From Roseibium sp. (GTDB lineage Bacteria; Pseudomonadota; Alphaproteobacteria; Rhizobiales; Stappiaceae): DNA of 64,000 nt. The stretch lies in NCBI GenBank assembly GCA_965230705.1, contig CBDDLN010000002.1:2052339-2116338 (forward strand). Reading direction: 5' to 3'. Below are positions 9,603-18,766 of the stretch, piece after piece (the first letter of the stretch is position 1; each line of letters starts with the position of its first letter). The notes under the pieces are model-generated. The model worked only from the letters and a program-made list of their open reading frames with translations. It had not been told where the DNA came from and did not search any database. The position numbers were made by a program, and so were the translations under genes.

Positions 9603-10886
9603 TCACTGCTTTGGAGAATGCTCGCCAACAAGAAATGCCGTTTTCATCGCACCAACGCCTTTGACTTCAATTGGCTCGCGATCTTCAAATAGGAATGCCG
9701 CCCCGGCCATATCCCGAAAGGCCTCAGTTACCTGGATACGCCCCGGAATGGAGTGCGATTCCATCCGGCTGGCGACGTTTACAGCATCCCCCCAGACATC
9801 ATAAGAATACCGGCGCTTGCCGATAACACCAGCGATCGCCGGCCCGGTGTGCAGCCCGATGCGCAGATTAAGCCTGACATCGTTGAGCGGTTCGCACTCA
9901 TGAATGGTCTGCATCATGTCCAGCGCCAACTGGCCTATCGCCCTTGCCGCCAGGTCCGGCGGCCCTTCCAGGCCACCAACAACCATATAGGCGTCGCCGA
10001 TGGTCTTGATCTTTTCCGCGCCCGCTTTCTCCACCAGCCGGTCGAAAGCACGAAACAGCCCATCAAGATACCCAACCACTTCGTTTGGAGTGAGATTGCG
10101 CGCAGCGGGCGTGAATCCTACGAGATCAGCAAACAGTACCGTTACAGCTTCATGACTGTCAGCGATGCGTTCTTCCGGGGCCGATTTCAAGCGGTCGGCA
10201 ATCGCGCGCGGCATGATGGTTTCCAGCAGGGTCTCTGCCCGCTCGTGCTCGGCCGCTAGCGCAGCTTCCGCCCGGTGCAGCGCCGTCAGGGCGTAAACGA
10301 TCAAGACGCTGGAAATGATCAGCACATTGACCATAACCTGCGCAGCAAGGCTTTTCCGGAAAGCCAGATCATTTGGCAGGACCGGTCCGATGTCCGGAGC
10401 AAACTGGTAGGAGGAAACAAGAAGCACCAAAGCCAGAACGAAGCAGCCGGCAAACAGCCGCCAGTGACCGACGCCAAAGAAGATAAAGGCTGCTCCTCCG
10501 AGGGCAAAATACCCCTGCGTTCCGCTTTCCAGCCCTAACGACCAGACGACAAACGTGTTTCCAGCCGCGATGACCGCAATGAAATAGACTGCGGCAACGT
10601 TGTCGCCAAACCTGTGCAACCTTGAAGTCAGCGAGAACAGCGCGATCATCATGAAACCGTAGATGCTGATCGGCATCAGCTCATGGAAGGCATAAAGCAG
10701 GTTCTGGATGGTGTGAAAGATGTTGTCGGCGATACCGACAAGCGCTGAGACATTCACCACCATCTGCCGGCGCCGGACATAGGTGTCCGTGGAGTGGATC
10801 CCTGACGTCGCCAGGTTGCGCGCCCAGGCCGGTGCCCGCAATCCTCTTAGTTTCCTCAGCATCGTGGACAAATACCAGCTCGCCAT
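9603..10886 (-). CDS. Membrane-anchored class III adenylate cyclase
   Basis: About 6 TM helices, then VLFADLVGFT, IKTIGDAYM, YDVWGDAVNVASRME (ATP-type K/D residues). Confidence 0.92.
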   Translation of the reverse strand: MASWYLSTMLRKLRGLRAPAWARNLATSGIHSTDTYVRRRQMVVNVSALVGIADNIFHTIQNLLYAFHELMPISIYGFMMIALFSLTSRLHRFGDNVAAVYFIAVIAAGNTFVVWSLGLESGTQGYFALGGAAFIFFGVGHWRLFAGCFVLALVLLVSSYQFAPDIGPVLPNDLAFRKSLAAQVMVNVLIISSVLIVYALTALHRAEAALAAEHERAETLLETIMPRAIADRLKSAPEERIADSHEAVTVLFADLVGFTPAARNLTPNEVVGYLDGLFRAFDRLVEKAGAEKIKTIGDAYMVVGGLEGPPDLAARAIGQLALDMMQTIHECEPLNDVRLNLRIGLHTGPAIAGVIGKRRYSYDVWGDAVNVASRMESHSIPGRIQVTEAFRDMAGAAFLFEDREPIEVKGVGAMKTAFLVGEHSPKQ

Positions 10887-10995
10887 ATGCAGAAAGCAAC
10901 TCCCGTCGGAATAACGCGAATGGATATCTGAAATTCAGTATATTCAGATCATAGGGCTTCTTGACAGACCATGGCATCATCGTTTCATGTGATGC

Positions 10996-11451
10996 ATGAT
11001 TTCCGTTCTATTTGTTTGCCTTGGAAACATTTGCCGCTCACCCCTTGCCGAAGGCGTCTTCCGCCAAACGGTCTTTGAGGCCGGTCTTGAGCAGGCATTT
11101 GAGATTGATTCTGCAGGAACCGGGAGCTGGCACAGCGGAAGCGCGCCCGACCCCCGCTCAATCGGCATAGCCGCGGACAACGGCATCGACATTACCGGCC
11201 TCAAGGCCCGGCAAGTGCGCAACACCGATTTCGACACGTTCGATCTGATCCTCGCCATGGATCGTGACAATCTGGAAACCCTGCGCCACATGGCAGAACC
11301 TGGCAAACAGGAGAAGGTCCGCTTGTTTCTGACAAACCCTGATCAGGAAGTGCCAGACCCCTATTATGGCGGCGAAGACGGCTTCAACTCGGTCTATCAG
11401 ATGGTCAAACATGGCAGCCTTGCCCTGCTGAAAGAAATTCAGCCGAACTGA
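10996..11451 (+). CDS. Low-molecular-weight protein-tyrosine phosphatase
   Basis: VCLGNICRSP P-loop, DPYYG. Confidence 0.95.
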   Translation: MISVLFVCLGNICRSPLAEGVFRQTVFEAGLEQAFEIDSAGTGSWHSGSAPDPRSIGIAADNGIDITGLKARQVRNTDFDTFDLILAMDRDNLETLRHMAEPGKQEKVRLFLTNPDQEVPDPYYGGEDGFNSVYQMVKHGSLALLKEIQPN

Positions 11452-11534
11452 TTGCCGAGTTAAGACAGTTTCATAAATCTGTCTTGATTGAGACGATATC
11501 CAGAAGTCCGTTCTAGGTCTGGATCGCCCTTTTC

Positions 11535-11798
11535 ATGAAACTGCTTTGGTGGACTCTCGCAGCGGTTCTGATCGCCCTCGGTCTGGCAACGGTCTGGCTG
11601 CCAATTCCAACCGGTGTGCCGCTTCTGGCGCTCGGCGCGGTTGTCATTATCGGCACCAGCCGGGGGGCTGCGCGCAAGGTCCGCAAACACCGCCGCAGCA
11701 CCGAAAAACTCAATCATGCTCTGACCTGGCTGGAGAACCGCTCCCCCTTGCGTTTTGCCCGCATCCTGAAACGCACACGCCCGCGCAAAAAGGATTAG
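11535..11798 (+). CDS. Small membrane protein (PGPGW/DUF454-like) with basic tail
   Basis: Two-helix hairpin GLATVWLPIPTGVPLLALG, Arg/Lys-rich C-terminus. Confidence 0.65.
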   Translation: MKLLWWTLAAVLIALGLATVWLPIPTGVPLLALGAVVIIGTSRGAARKVRKHRRSTEKLNHALTWLENRSPLRFARILKRTRPRKKD

Positions 11799-11886
11799 GT
11801 CGCGGCTTCCTTGATCCGCCTCAAGGTTGTTTGCCAAGCAAACTGCTTGGATGAGCTGGAATCAGATGCAGACAAGGAGAGTGATC

Positions 11887-12339
11887 ATGGCTGGCATTCA
11901 AATCGAACAGGATGCCTGGGTTTTGGTCGGCGACGGCGAAAAGGCGCTTGTTTTCCGCAATGAAGGCGATGCCAAATTCCCGAACCTCAAGATCATCCGG
12001 ATCCTGGAACAAGAAAATCCGCCAACGCGTGACCATGGCGCCGGCGCGCCGGGACGGCGTAGTGATGGACCAGGCCCGCAAAAAAGCTCCATGGAGCAGA
12101 CCGACTGGCACACGCTTGAAAAGCACCGCTTTGCAAAAACCATGGCAGAAGCACTCTACAAGGCTGCGCACAAGGGCAAATACGCCAAGCTGATTGTCGT
12201 GGCGCCGCCAATGACACTGGGTGACCTGCGCAAAGAATTCCACATGGAAGTGAAGAACCGCATTGTTGCCGAAGTTCACAAGACCCTGACCGGTCACCCG
12301 CCCCACAAGATCGAAAAGATCTTGATGGAAAAAGGCTGA
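11887..12339 (+). CDS. Host-attachment protein (AtsE / baeRF12-like)
   Basis: WVLVGDGEKAL, EQTDWHTLEKHRFA, LIVVAPPMTLGDLR, KTLT; ATG 11887 after AGGAG. Confidence 0.85.
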   Translation: MAGIQIEQDAWVLVGDGEKALVFRNEGDAKFPNLKIIRILEQENPPTRDHGAGAPGRRSDGPGPQKSSMEQTDWHTLEKHRFAKTMAEALYKAAHKGKYAKLIVVAPPMTLGDLRKEFHMEVKNRIVAEVHKTLTGHPPHKIEKILMEKG

Positions 12340-12358
12340 GCGTCCGTTTCCATTCCGG

Positions 12359-13219
12359 CTAGCGCTGGTCGTAGAACTTTCCGGCAAACCGGCGGAAGAA
12401 AGCAGTTACACGGGTGCTGATCCTGTAGGCGACAATGTGAAGTATGCGGCCCTTGCGGGTGAACCATTCATCCAGACGCCGGTCGTGCAGCCAGCGCGGC
12501 GCGCTTACATACAAAAAGCGGTGAACGACAAGGATTACCAGCAGGGTCAGCCCCCATGAAATCAGCGTATCGGACAGAAAATGCCCGCCGAAGGCTATGC
12601 GGTTGAGCGACAGGATCAGGGCGAGCGGAAGCACGAAACACAAAAGTGCCAGACGCCAGGCTGCGGGTGCGACAATCACCGCCGCCACCAGCCACATTCC
12701 CGCAGACGCTTCTCCGGACACGAAAGAGCAGTTGGTATCGCACAGGTCCGTCGGCCACCAGACAGGCTGATAGGGCAAGTCGCCCCCAAACTGGTCGACT
12801 GTGTGCGGCCTTGGACGGCCCCAATTGTTCTTCAGGATCAGATTGACCAGAACACCGGGACCAAGGATCAGTGTTGTCAAAAGAAACAGCGGCGTCCGCA
12901 AAGGCATGATCGGTCTGCGCCCCGGCGCAAGAATTTTCAGGGCCAGAACCAACAGGCTCACAATTGCGATTATCTTGACGATGTGCGGGCCGAGATGGCG
13001 CAACCGCCGCAGGAACGGATCATTTTTGGCCCAAAAGCCGTCCATCTCCGAATAGAACAGACCACTGGCCCACAGATCTACACCCGGAAATGCAAGAAAG
13101 AATGCCGAGACGACAGCCAGATAAATCAATACCGCCGAAATCGGATGCTGCATAATCCACGCTGTGGCCTTGCGCGGGGCGCCCTTCGAGGTAGTTTCAG
13201 TGTCTTGGCGGTCAGTCAT
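12359..13219 (-). CDS. PAP2-family membrane phosphatase-like protein
   Basis: KNNWGRPRP, SFVSGEA, RIAFGGHFLSD. Confidence 0.85.
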   Translation of the reverse strand: MTDRQDTETTSKGAPRKATAWIMQHPISAVLIYLAVVSAFFLAFPGVDLWASGLFYSEMDGFWAKNDPFLRRLRHLGPHIVKIIAIVSLLVLALKILAPGRRPIMPLRTPLFLLTTLILGPGVLVNLILKNNWGRPRPHTVDQFGGDLPYQPVWWPTDLCDTNCSFVSGEASAGMWLVAAVIVAPAAWRLALLCFVLPLALILSLNRIAFGGHFLSDTLISWGLTLLVILVVHRFLYVSAPRWLHDRRLDEWFTRKGRILHIVAYRISTRVTAFFRRFAGKFYDQR

Positions 13220-13294
13220 TCCCGCTGTGTAGCCCATCATATCCACGCGGCCAATCCTCTTGGGGTTCGGACTAACAATCCAAAGGACTAAAAC

Positions 13295-13921
13295 GTGCCA
13301 ACCGAACAAACCGCCTTTACCGAAGCAACCCGTCCGAAACTGACGTTCTGGTTCGAATTCGCCTCGACCTACAGCTATCTGTCAGCCATGCGGATTGAAA
13401 CCATGGCGCGGGAAGCAAATGTCGAAATCAATTGGCGGCCGTTTCTGCTTGGCCCGATATTCAAGGCACAGGGCTGGGACACATCCCCGTTCAACCTGAT
13501 GCCGGCCAAGGGGCGTTACATGTGGCAGGACATGGCTCGCCAGTGCGAGCAGCTTGGCCTCCCCCTTGTCCAGCCGGTACCGTTCCCCCAGCATACCCTT
13601 TTGGCCGCCAGGATTGGACATGCAGGCCGGGCGCAGCCATGGATCGCCGAGTATTCACGCGCGGTTTTTCACGCGGAATTCGGCCAAGGATCCGACATTT
13701 CCGATCCTGCGCTTCTGGCAAGCCTGCTCCTGGAAGCCGGCGCCGATGCAAAGGCTGTCATGGAAGACGCCGCCTCGCCTGAAAACAAAACAGGACTGAG
13801 ACAGGCCGTTGAGGAGGCCACGGAAATCGGGATCTTCGGAGCGCCGAGCTTTACCACCGAACCGGGCGAACTCTACTGGGGCAATGACAGGCTGGCAGAT
13901 GCTCTGGCCGCAGCGGGATAG
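13295..13921 (+). CDS. DsbA-like 2-hydroxychromene-2-carboxylate isomerase (GST-kappa family)
   Basis: FWFEFASTYSYL, WRPFLLG, GIFGAPSF, YWGNDRL. Confidence 0.9.
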   Translation: MPTEQTAFTEATRPKLTFWFEFASTYSYLSAMRIETMAREANVEINWRPFLLGPIFKAQGWDTSPFNLMPAKGRYMWQDMARQCEQLGLPLVQPVPFPQHTLLAARIGHAGRAQPWIAEYSRAVFHAEFGQGSDISDPALLASLLLEAGADAKAVMEDAASPENKTGLRQAVEEATEIGIFGAPSFTTEPGELYWGNDRLADALAAAG

Positions 13922-13930
13922 CAGGTTGAT

Positions 13931-15070
13931 CTAGAAATCAGCCACATCTGCCCGCACTTCGGCGGCGTGCTCAAGCGCCCGGTACAAATTGGATGGCGAG
14001 ATGGGCTTGGTCAGCACTTCCAGGAAACCGGCTTCACGCACGCTTGGCTCCGCGGTCGCCTCCAGTGCGGCCGTCACCGCGATAATCGGAAGGAGCCCGC
14101 CGGCTTTGGACGCCCGCAATCGCCGGGCAACATCCACTCCGCTTTCATGCGGCATATGCAAATCCAATAAAACCATATCGAATTCAGAGTGCTCGATTTT
14201 TTTGATCGCTGTGGCCCCGCTGTCCGCCTCCTCGTAGGTAGCGCCGAAAGAGTCCAGCAACGCGCCCATCAGACGGCGGTTGGTTTCATTGTCATCAACG
14301 ACCAGAACATGGCAGGTCAACGGCCCCGTCGGCTCCCGCGTCCCGATCTCCTTCACCTCGATTGAAGTCTTCTTGCCGGTCGAAACGGGCACATCAATTT
14401 CAAACCGGCAGCCACCGGCTTTCGGGCTGACAAGCCGAAGGTTGCCGCCAACCTCCTGAATATGCTGAAGAGCGCCCCACAGGCCGAGCCCAGCTCCATC
14501 TCCCGCTGCCTGCCCGATCTCTCCGCGTTCAAATGCCTTGAACAAGCGGGGCTGGTCTTCCGGCATGATCCCAGGGCCAGTATCGGCAATACTGATCCGA
14601 ACATTGGAGCCCTCGTGGTCTTCGCTCTTTGCGGTATCAGCTTCCACACTGACACTGCCGGATGAGGTGTATTTGATCGCATTGTCGAGAAGCGCGGACA
14701 GGGCCCTGCGAACCGGGCCTGCCATCTTGGCACCGATCAAGGCCTCGTCACCGGAAACAGACACATGAAAACGCAAGCCCTTGAGCGTCGCCGAATGCCG
14801 GAAAAGCTCTGCGGTGTCGCGCACCAGGCCGGTGGCCTCAATCATCTTGCCCTGAGCCCGCGCCTCCGGCATTGCGGCAGCAACCAATCCGCCGGTCATA
14901 TCCGCCAGGGCTTCAATCGAGCGGATTAAAACATCGAGACAGGCGGTCTGCCGATCGTCGAGCTTGCCTTGGCCTATCAGCTCCGCAGCGGTCCGCATGG
15001 CGCCAAGCGGAGTCCGCAGATCATGCGCCAGAAGTGCCAGCTTGTTGCTGTTCTCGCGGTCATCAGCCAT
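13931..15070 (-). CDS. Soluble hybrid histidine kinase-receiver with no input domain
   Basis: LAHDLRTPL at about residue 15, LLDNAIKYT, DTGPGI, GAGLGL, receiver VLVVDDN...LLDLHMP...TA...KP. Confidence 0.9.
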   Translation of the reverse strand: MADDRENSNKLALLAHDLRTPLGAMRTAAELIGQGKLDDRQTACLDVLIRSIEALADMTGGLVAAAMPEARAQGKMIEATGLVRDTAELFRHSATLKGLRFHVSVSGDEALIGAKMAGPVRRALSALLDNAIKYTSSGSVSVEADTAKSEDHEGSNVRISIADTGPGIMPEDQPRLFKAFERGEIGQAAGDGAGLGLWGALQHIQEVGGNLRLVSPKAGGCRFEIDVPVSTGKKTSIEVKEIGTREPTGPLTCHVLVVDDNETNRRLMGALLDSFGATYEEADSGATAIKKIEHSEFDMVLLDLHMPHESGVDVARRLRASKAGGLLPIIAVTAALEATAEPSVREAGFLEVLTKPISPSNLYRALEHAAEVRADVADF

Positions 15071-15277
15071 TGTGGCTTCGGTCCATTTGTCCTATGAGGC
15101 CAATCAAGTACATCTTGTGCTTTGCCTTTCTGGCGCCCATTTTGCCAGCCTCAAGTTTAATTAATGCCGGAGCTTAGGCGCTCCCTGCACCTCCCCCGGT
15201 CCGGCACTCCTCGTTCAATGGCAACTATGCCGGTGAGGAGTTAGCAAACTGAAAAAGCGAGAGAAACGCCGCCGCTT

Positions 15278-16243
15278 ATGACCAGCGAAGTCCTAACCAT
15301 CGTCCTTCCGGTCTTTATCCTGATTGGCATCGGCTATGTCGTTGCACGCATCGGCCTTTTGTCGCAGACCGTTGGAGAAGCACTGGGCGAATTCGTCTAT
15401 GTCATCGCCATTCCAGTCCTCATTTTCAGAACCCTTGCCGTTGTTCAGATTGGAGATGACAGTCCCTGGTTATTGTGGGCGGCCTATTTTACCGGGGTGG
15501 CTGTCGCCTGGATTGCCGGAACGCTGGTCATCCGGAAAGGTTTCGGACGCGAGGCACGAGCGGGTGTAATCGGCGGAATTTCATCGGCCTTCGCCAATAC
15601 AATAATGGTTGGCCTGCCGCTTGTGTCCCAGGTTTACGGAGACGCAGGTCTCGTACCATTGCTCATTATTGTCTCCGTCCATATGCCAATCATGACAGTT
15701 ATCACGGTTGTCAACATGGAGCGGGCAGCAGCGGTTGACGGCGTCAGCAAACAGCCTCCGATCAAGGAGCTGATTACCCGGATTGCCCGGAACCTTGTAA
15801 CCAATCCAATCGTGATTGCGCTGTTGTGCTCCGTTCTCTGGCGGCTAAGCGGACAGCCAATCGACGGCCTGCTCAAGGATATTCTCGACCGGATCGCTGC
15901 AACGGCCTTGCCGGTTGCCTTGTTTTCCCTCGGCATGAGCATGGTGATCTACGGCATTCGCGGTAATGTCTGGCCGGGCTTTTGCCTGAGTCTAATGAAA
16001 ATAATCGTCATGCCAGCCGTCGTCTTTGTCATGGGTGCGTTTGTCTTCCATCTGCCCCCACTGTGGACGGCGGTGGCAACCCTGACTGCAACCTGTCCAA
16101 CCGGCGTCAATGCTTACATCTTCGCCAACCGTTATGGCACCGGCCATGCCATGTCGACGAACGCAATCACCATCACCACCGCTGCCGCTGTTCTAACAAG
16201 CGGGCTGTGGGTGGCTTTTCTGGAAGCCTGGCGTGCAGTTTAG
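15278..16243 (+). CDS. AEC (auxin efflux carrier) family transporter
   Basis: AFANTIMVGLP, ALPVALFSLG, CPTGVNAYIFA; about 10 TM. Confidence 0.9.
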   Translation: MTSEVLTIVLPVFILIGIGYVVARIGLLSQTVGEALGEFVYVIAIPVLIFRTLAVVQIGDDSPWLLWAAYFTGVAVAWIAGTLVIRKGFGREARAGVIGGISSAFANTIMVGLPLVSQVYGDAGLVPLLIIVSVHMPIMTVITVVNMERAAAVDGVSKQPPIKELITRIARNLVTNPIVIALLCSVLWRLSGQPIDGLLKDILDRIAATALPVALFSLGMSMVIYGIRGNVWPGFCLSLMKIIVMPAVVFVMGAFVFHLPPLWTAVATLTATCPTGVNAYIFANRYGTGHAMSTNAITITTAAAVLTSGLWVAFLEAWRAV

Positions 16244-17151
16244 TTCGAGGGTGCCAGCCCGATCCGTTCAACCACTTCGGCTGGCGAAACACCGGACAAG
16301 CGCAATTCCCTGAGGCCCGTGGCTTTGCTGGATTTGGAGAGCTTCCGCCCATCCCCATCCAGAATGAGATCGTGGTGGCGGTAACGGGGCCCGGGCAAAT
16401 CCAGAAGCACCTGCAACAGCCGGTGCACCGATGTTGCGTGATAAAGGTCCATGCCCCGCAGAACATCGGTAACACCCTGCCGGGCATCGTCCAGTACGAC
16501 CGACAAATGATAGCTCGTCGGCGTATCCTTGCGCGCAAGGATCACGTCACCCCACGCGCCAGGATCAGCTTTGATCTCGCGGCAGCTGTCCCAGGTTTCA
16601 GGAAGTATTTTCCCAGCCAACTTCGCGGGGCATTCCTGCCATGACAGCGGTTCTTGAACGCTGGCAAGGGACTTTTTCATATCAAGGCGAATGGCAAAAG
16701 GTGCATCACTGGCCGACCGTTCCTGAAGTTCAGCTTCGCTCAATACAGCTGCGTCACCCGGATATAACGGTGCGCCATCCGGATCACGCGGATAAGCAAC
16801 ACCCTTTGCCTCCTCTGCCGCGACAAAGCGTTTGATTTCGGCGCGGGTGAGATAAGCCCTGTAGGTAAATCCCCGCCGCTCCAGCTCCTCAAGCGCGGCT
16901 GCGTAGTCGGCAAAGTGGTCAGACTGGCGCAGCACTTCCGGATGCCATTCAAGGCCGAGCCAGGCGAGATCTTCCATCATGTCCCGTTCCAGCTGTGGCG
17001 TGCAACGCACCGTGTCGATGTCTTCGATACGCAGCAGAAATTGGCCACCCGAAGCTTTGGCTGCGCGTTGGTTGAGCAACGCAGAATAGGCGTGGCCCAA
17101 GTGCAGATGGCCGTTTGGAGAAGGGGCAAAACGAAAAACTGGAGCCGACAT
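16240..17151 (-). CDS. gluQ: tRNA glutamyl-Q(34) synthetase
   Basis: RFAPSPNGHLHLGH, LRIEDID, YHLSVVLDD, RGMDL, KLSKS; no anticodon-binding domain. Confidence 0.92.
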   Translation of the reverse strand: MSAPVFRFAPSPNGHLHLGHAYSALLNQRAAKASGGQFLLRIEDIDTVRCTPQLERDMMEDLAWLGLEWHPEVLRQSDHFADYAAALEELERRGFTYRAYLTRAEIKRFVAAEEAKGVAYPRDPDGAPLYPGDAAVLSEAELQERSASDAPFAIRLDMKKSLASVQEPLSWQECPAKLAGKILPETWDSCREIKADPGAWGDVILARKDTPTSYHLSVVLDDARQGVTDVLRGMDLYHATSVHRLLQVLLDLPGPRYRHHDLILDGDGRKLSKSSKATGLRELRLSGVSPAEVVERIGLAPSN

Positions 17152-17258
17152 CAATATTCCCGTGGCACAAAGACTTGCAGCCGGAGAGCCAATCACCGAA
17201 GGTCAGCTTCCTGATTGCCGATCCTTATCATCCGTCCGACCAGAGACAAGGACTTTCC

Positions 17259-17900
17259 GTGACGCCGATTGAAAGCCTGGACGATATCACCAAAGGCGTT
17301 GCTGCCTTGAAAGCCCTGGATCCCCGGCTCGAAACAGTGATCGCAAGCGCTGGCGAAATTCCGCTTCGCCGGCGTCCGGCTGACTTTGCCGGCCTTGCCC
17401 AGATCGTCACCGGCCAGCAGGTGTCCGTTGCCAGTGCAGCCGCCATATTCAGCAGGCTACAGACGCTGGTTCAGCCACTTGATGCACAACAACTGATCCG
17501 TTTTTCCGACGAGGACCTCGCCTCCGCTGGTCTATCAAAACCCAAGATCCGTACACTCCGGGCGATCGGGGAAGCATGCCGAAACGGCCTTGATCTTGAA
17601 CATCTGGCAAGCAGGCCAGCCGATCAAGCCCACGCCGAACTATGTAATATCAAGGGGATCGGCCGCTGGACGGCAGATATCTTCCTGCTTTTCTGCGCAG
17701 GTCACCCGGATGTCTTTCCAAGCGGAGACCTGGCCTTGCAGGTGGCAGTTGAAGGTGCATTCGATCTTGATGCCCGGCCGAAACCGGGTGAACTGGATGC
17801 AATTGCGGAAGTCTGGTCGCCCTGGCGCGGTGTGGCCGCCCGCGTCTTCTGGGCCTGGTACCGGGTTCAAAAGCAAGGGTGCGAGACCATGCCCTTATGA
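17259..17900 (+). CDS. alkA: DNA-3-methyladenine glycosylase II (AlkA family)
   Basis: IVTGQQVS, HhH IKGIGRWTAD, GDL, WSPWRGVAA; GTG 17259. Confidence 0.88.
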   Translation: MTPIESLDDITKGVAALKALDPRLETVIASAGEIPLRRRPADFAGLAQIVTGQQVSVASAAAIFSRLQTLVQPLDAQQLIRFSDEDLASAGLSKPKIRTLRAIGEACRNGLDLEHLASRPADQAHAELCNIKGIGRWTADIFLLFCAGHPDVFPSGDLALQVAVEGAFDLDARPKPGELDAIAEVWSPWRGVAARVFWAWYRVQKQGCETMPL

Positions 17901-18698
17901 GGCACTTGCGATTTGTGCCTGCATGGATTCGACCGACCGCCGAAGCAAATCAATGTCTTCAGGCCGCGACAGCCGGTGATCGCCATCTGGCACGAGCGTA
18001 AAGATGACGTCATCATCGGGCAGCGCTTCGGCAAGCCGCTCAGCATGCTGCCAGGGAACATCCGGATCCTGAGCCCCTTGAAGGATAGTCACCGGACAAC
18101 TCAAATGAAGCGGGGTACCGAGGATCAGATGGTTCCGCCCATCCTCGATCAGTTTCCTGGTGATGACGTATGGCTCTTCAGAATACTCAGATGGCTGCTG
18201 CCAGCGACCATCCCGAAGAATTGTCTCGCGGATTTCGTCGGAAAAGCGCTGTTTCCACATGAGTTCTTCGGTGAAATCCGTTGCCGGTGCGATCAGAACC
18301 AGACCGCCAATATTGTCCCCCCGCCGCCGGGCGAGCGCCAGGAGCAGAGCGATCCAGCCACCCATGGATGATCCGACAAGAATGGTTGGACCACCGCAAA
18401 AGCGGTCAAAAACACTAACAGCTTCTTCGAGCCAGTCGGAAACGCAGGCATCCTCAAACCCACCGCCGGAGACACCATGGCCGGAATAATCAAATCGGGT
18501 GCACGCTAGACCCTTTCCGGCAGCCCATTTGGCCAGCGCTTCCGCTTTGGTGCCGCTCATGTCGGAGTTGAAACCGGACAACCACATCACGCCAGGGGTT
18601 TCGCCATCAGAATGGCGAACTGCAATTTGCCGGGTAGTTTCCGGTTTTCCAACCTCGATGAATTGCGGTTCGTCGGCGATCATATTAAGGCTCTGCAT
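17895..18698 (-). CDS. Alpha/beta hydrolase (ABHD10-like)
   Basis: GFNSDMSGTKA, RFDYSGHG, GSSMGG, GDHRLS; start uncertain (18698 or 18683). Confidence 0.88.
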   Translation of the reverse strand: MQSLNMIADEPQFIEVGKPETTRQIAVRHSDGETPGVMWLSGFNSDMSGTKAEALAKWAAGKGLACTRFDYSGHGVSGGGFEDACVSDWLEEAVSVFDRFCGGPTILVGSSMGGWIALLLALARRRGDNIGGLVLIAPATDFTEELMWKQRFSDEIRETILRDGRWQQPSEYSEEPYVITRKLIEDGRNHLILGTPLHLSCPVTILQGAQDPDVPWQHAERLAEALPDDDVIFTLVPDGDHRLSRPEDIDLLRRSVESMQAQIASAS

Positions 18699-18766
18699 AA
18701 TTGAAAAAACACCCTGCCTCGTTTGGCACAGCCGCCGCAAAATGAGAAGCATCATAGCCGGAGCAT

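Noticed and set aside
9323-9631. 102-aa ORF between phhB and the cyclase
   Set aside because: Overlaps both genes and shows no recognisable family.
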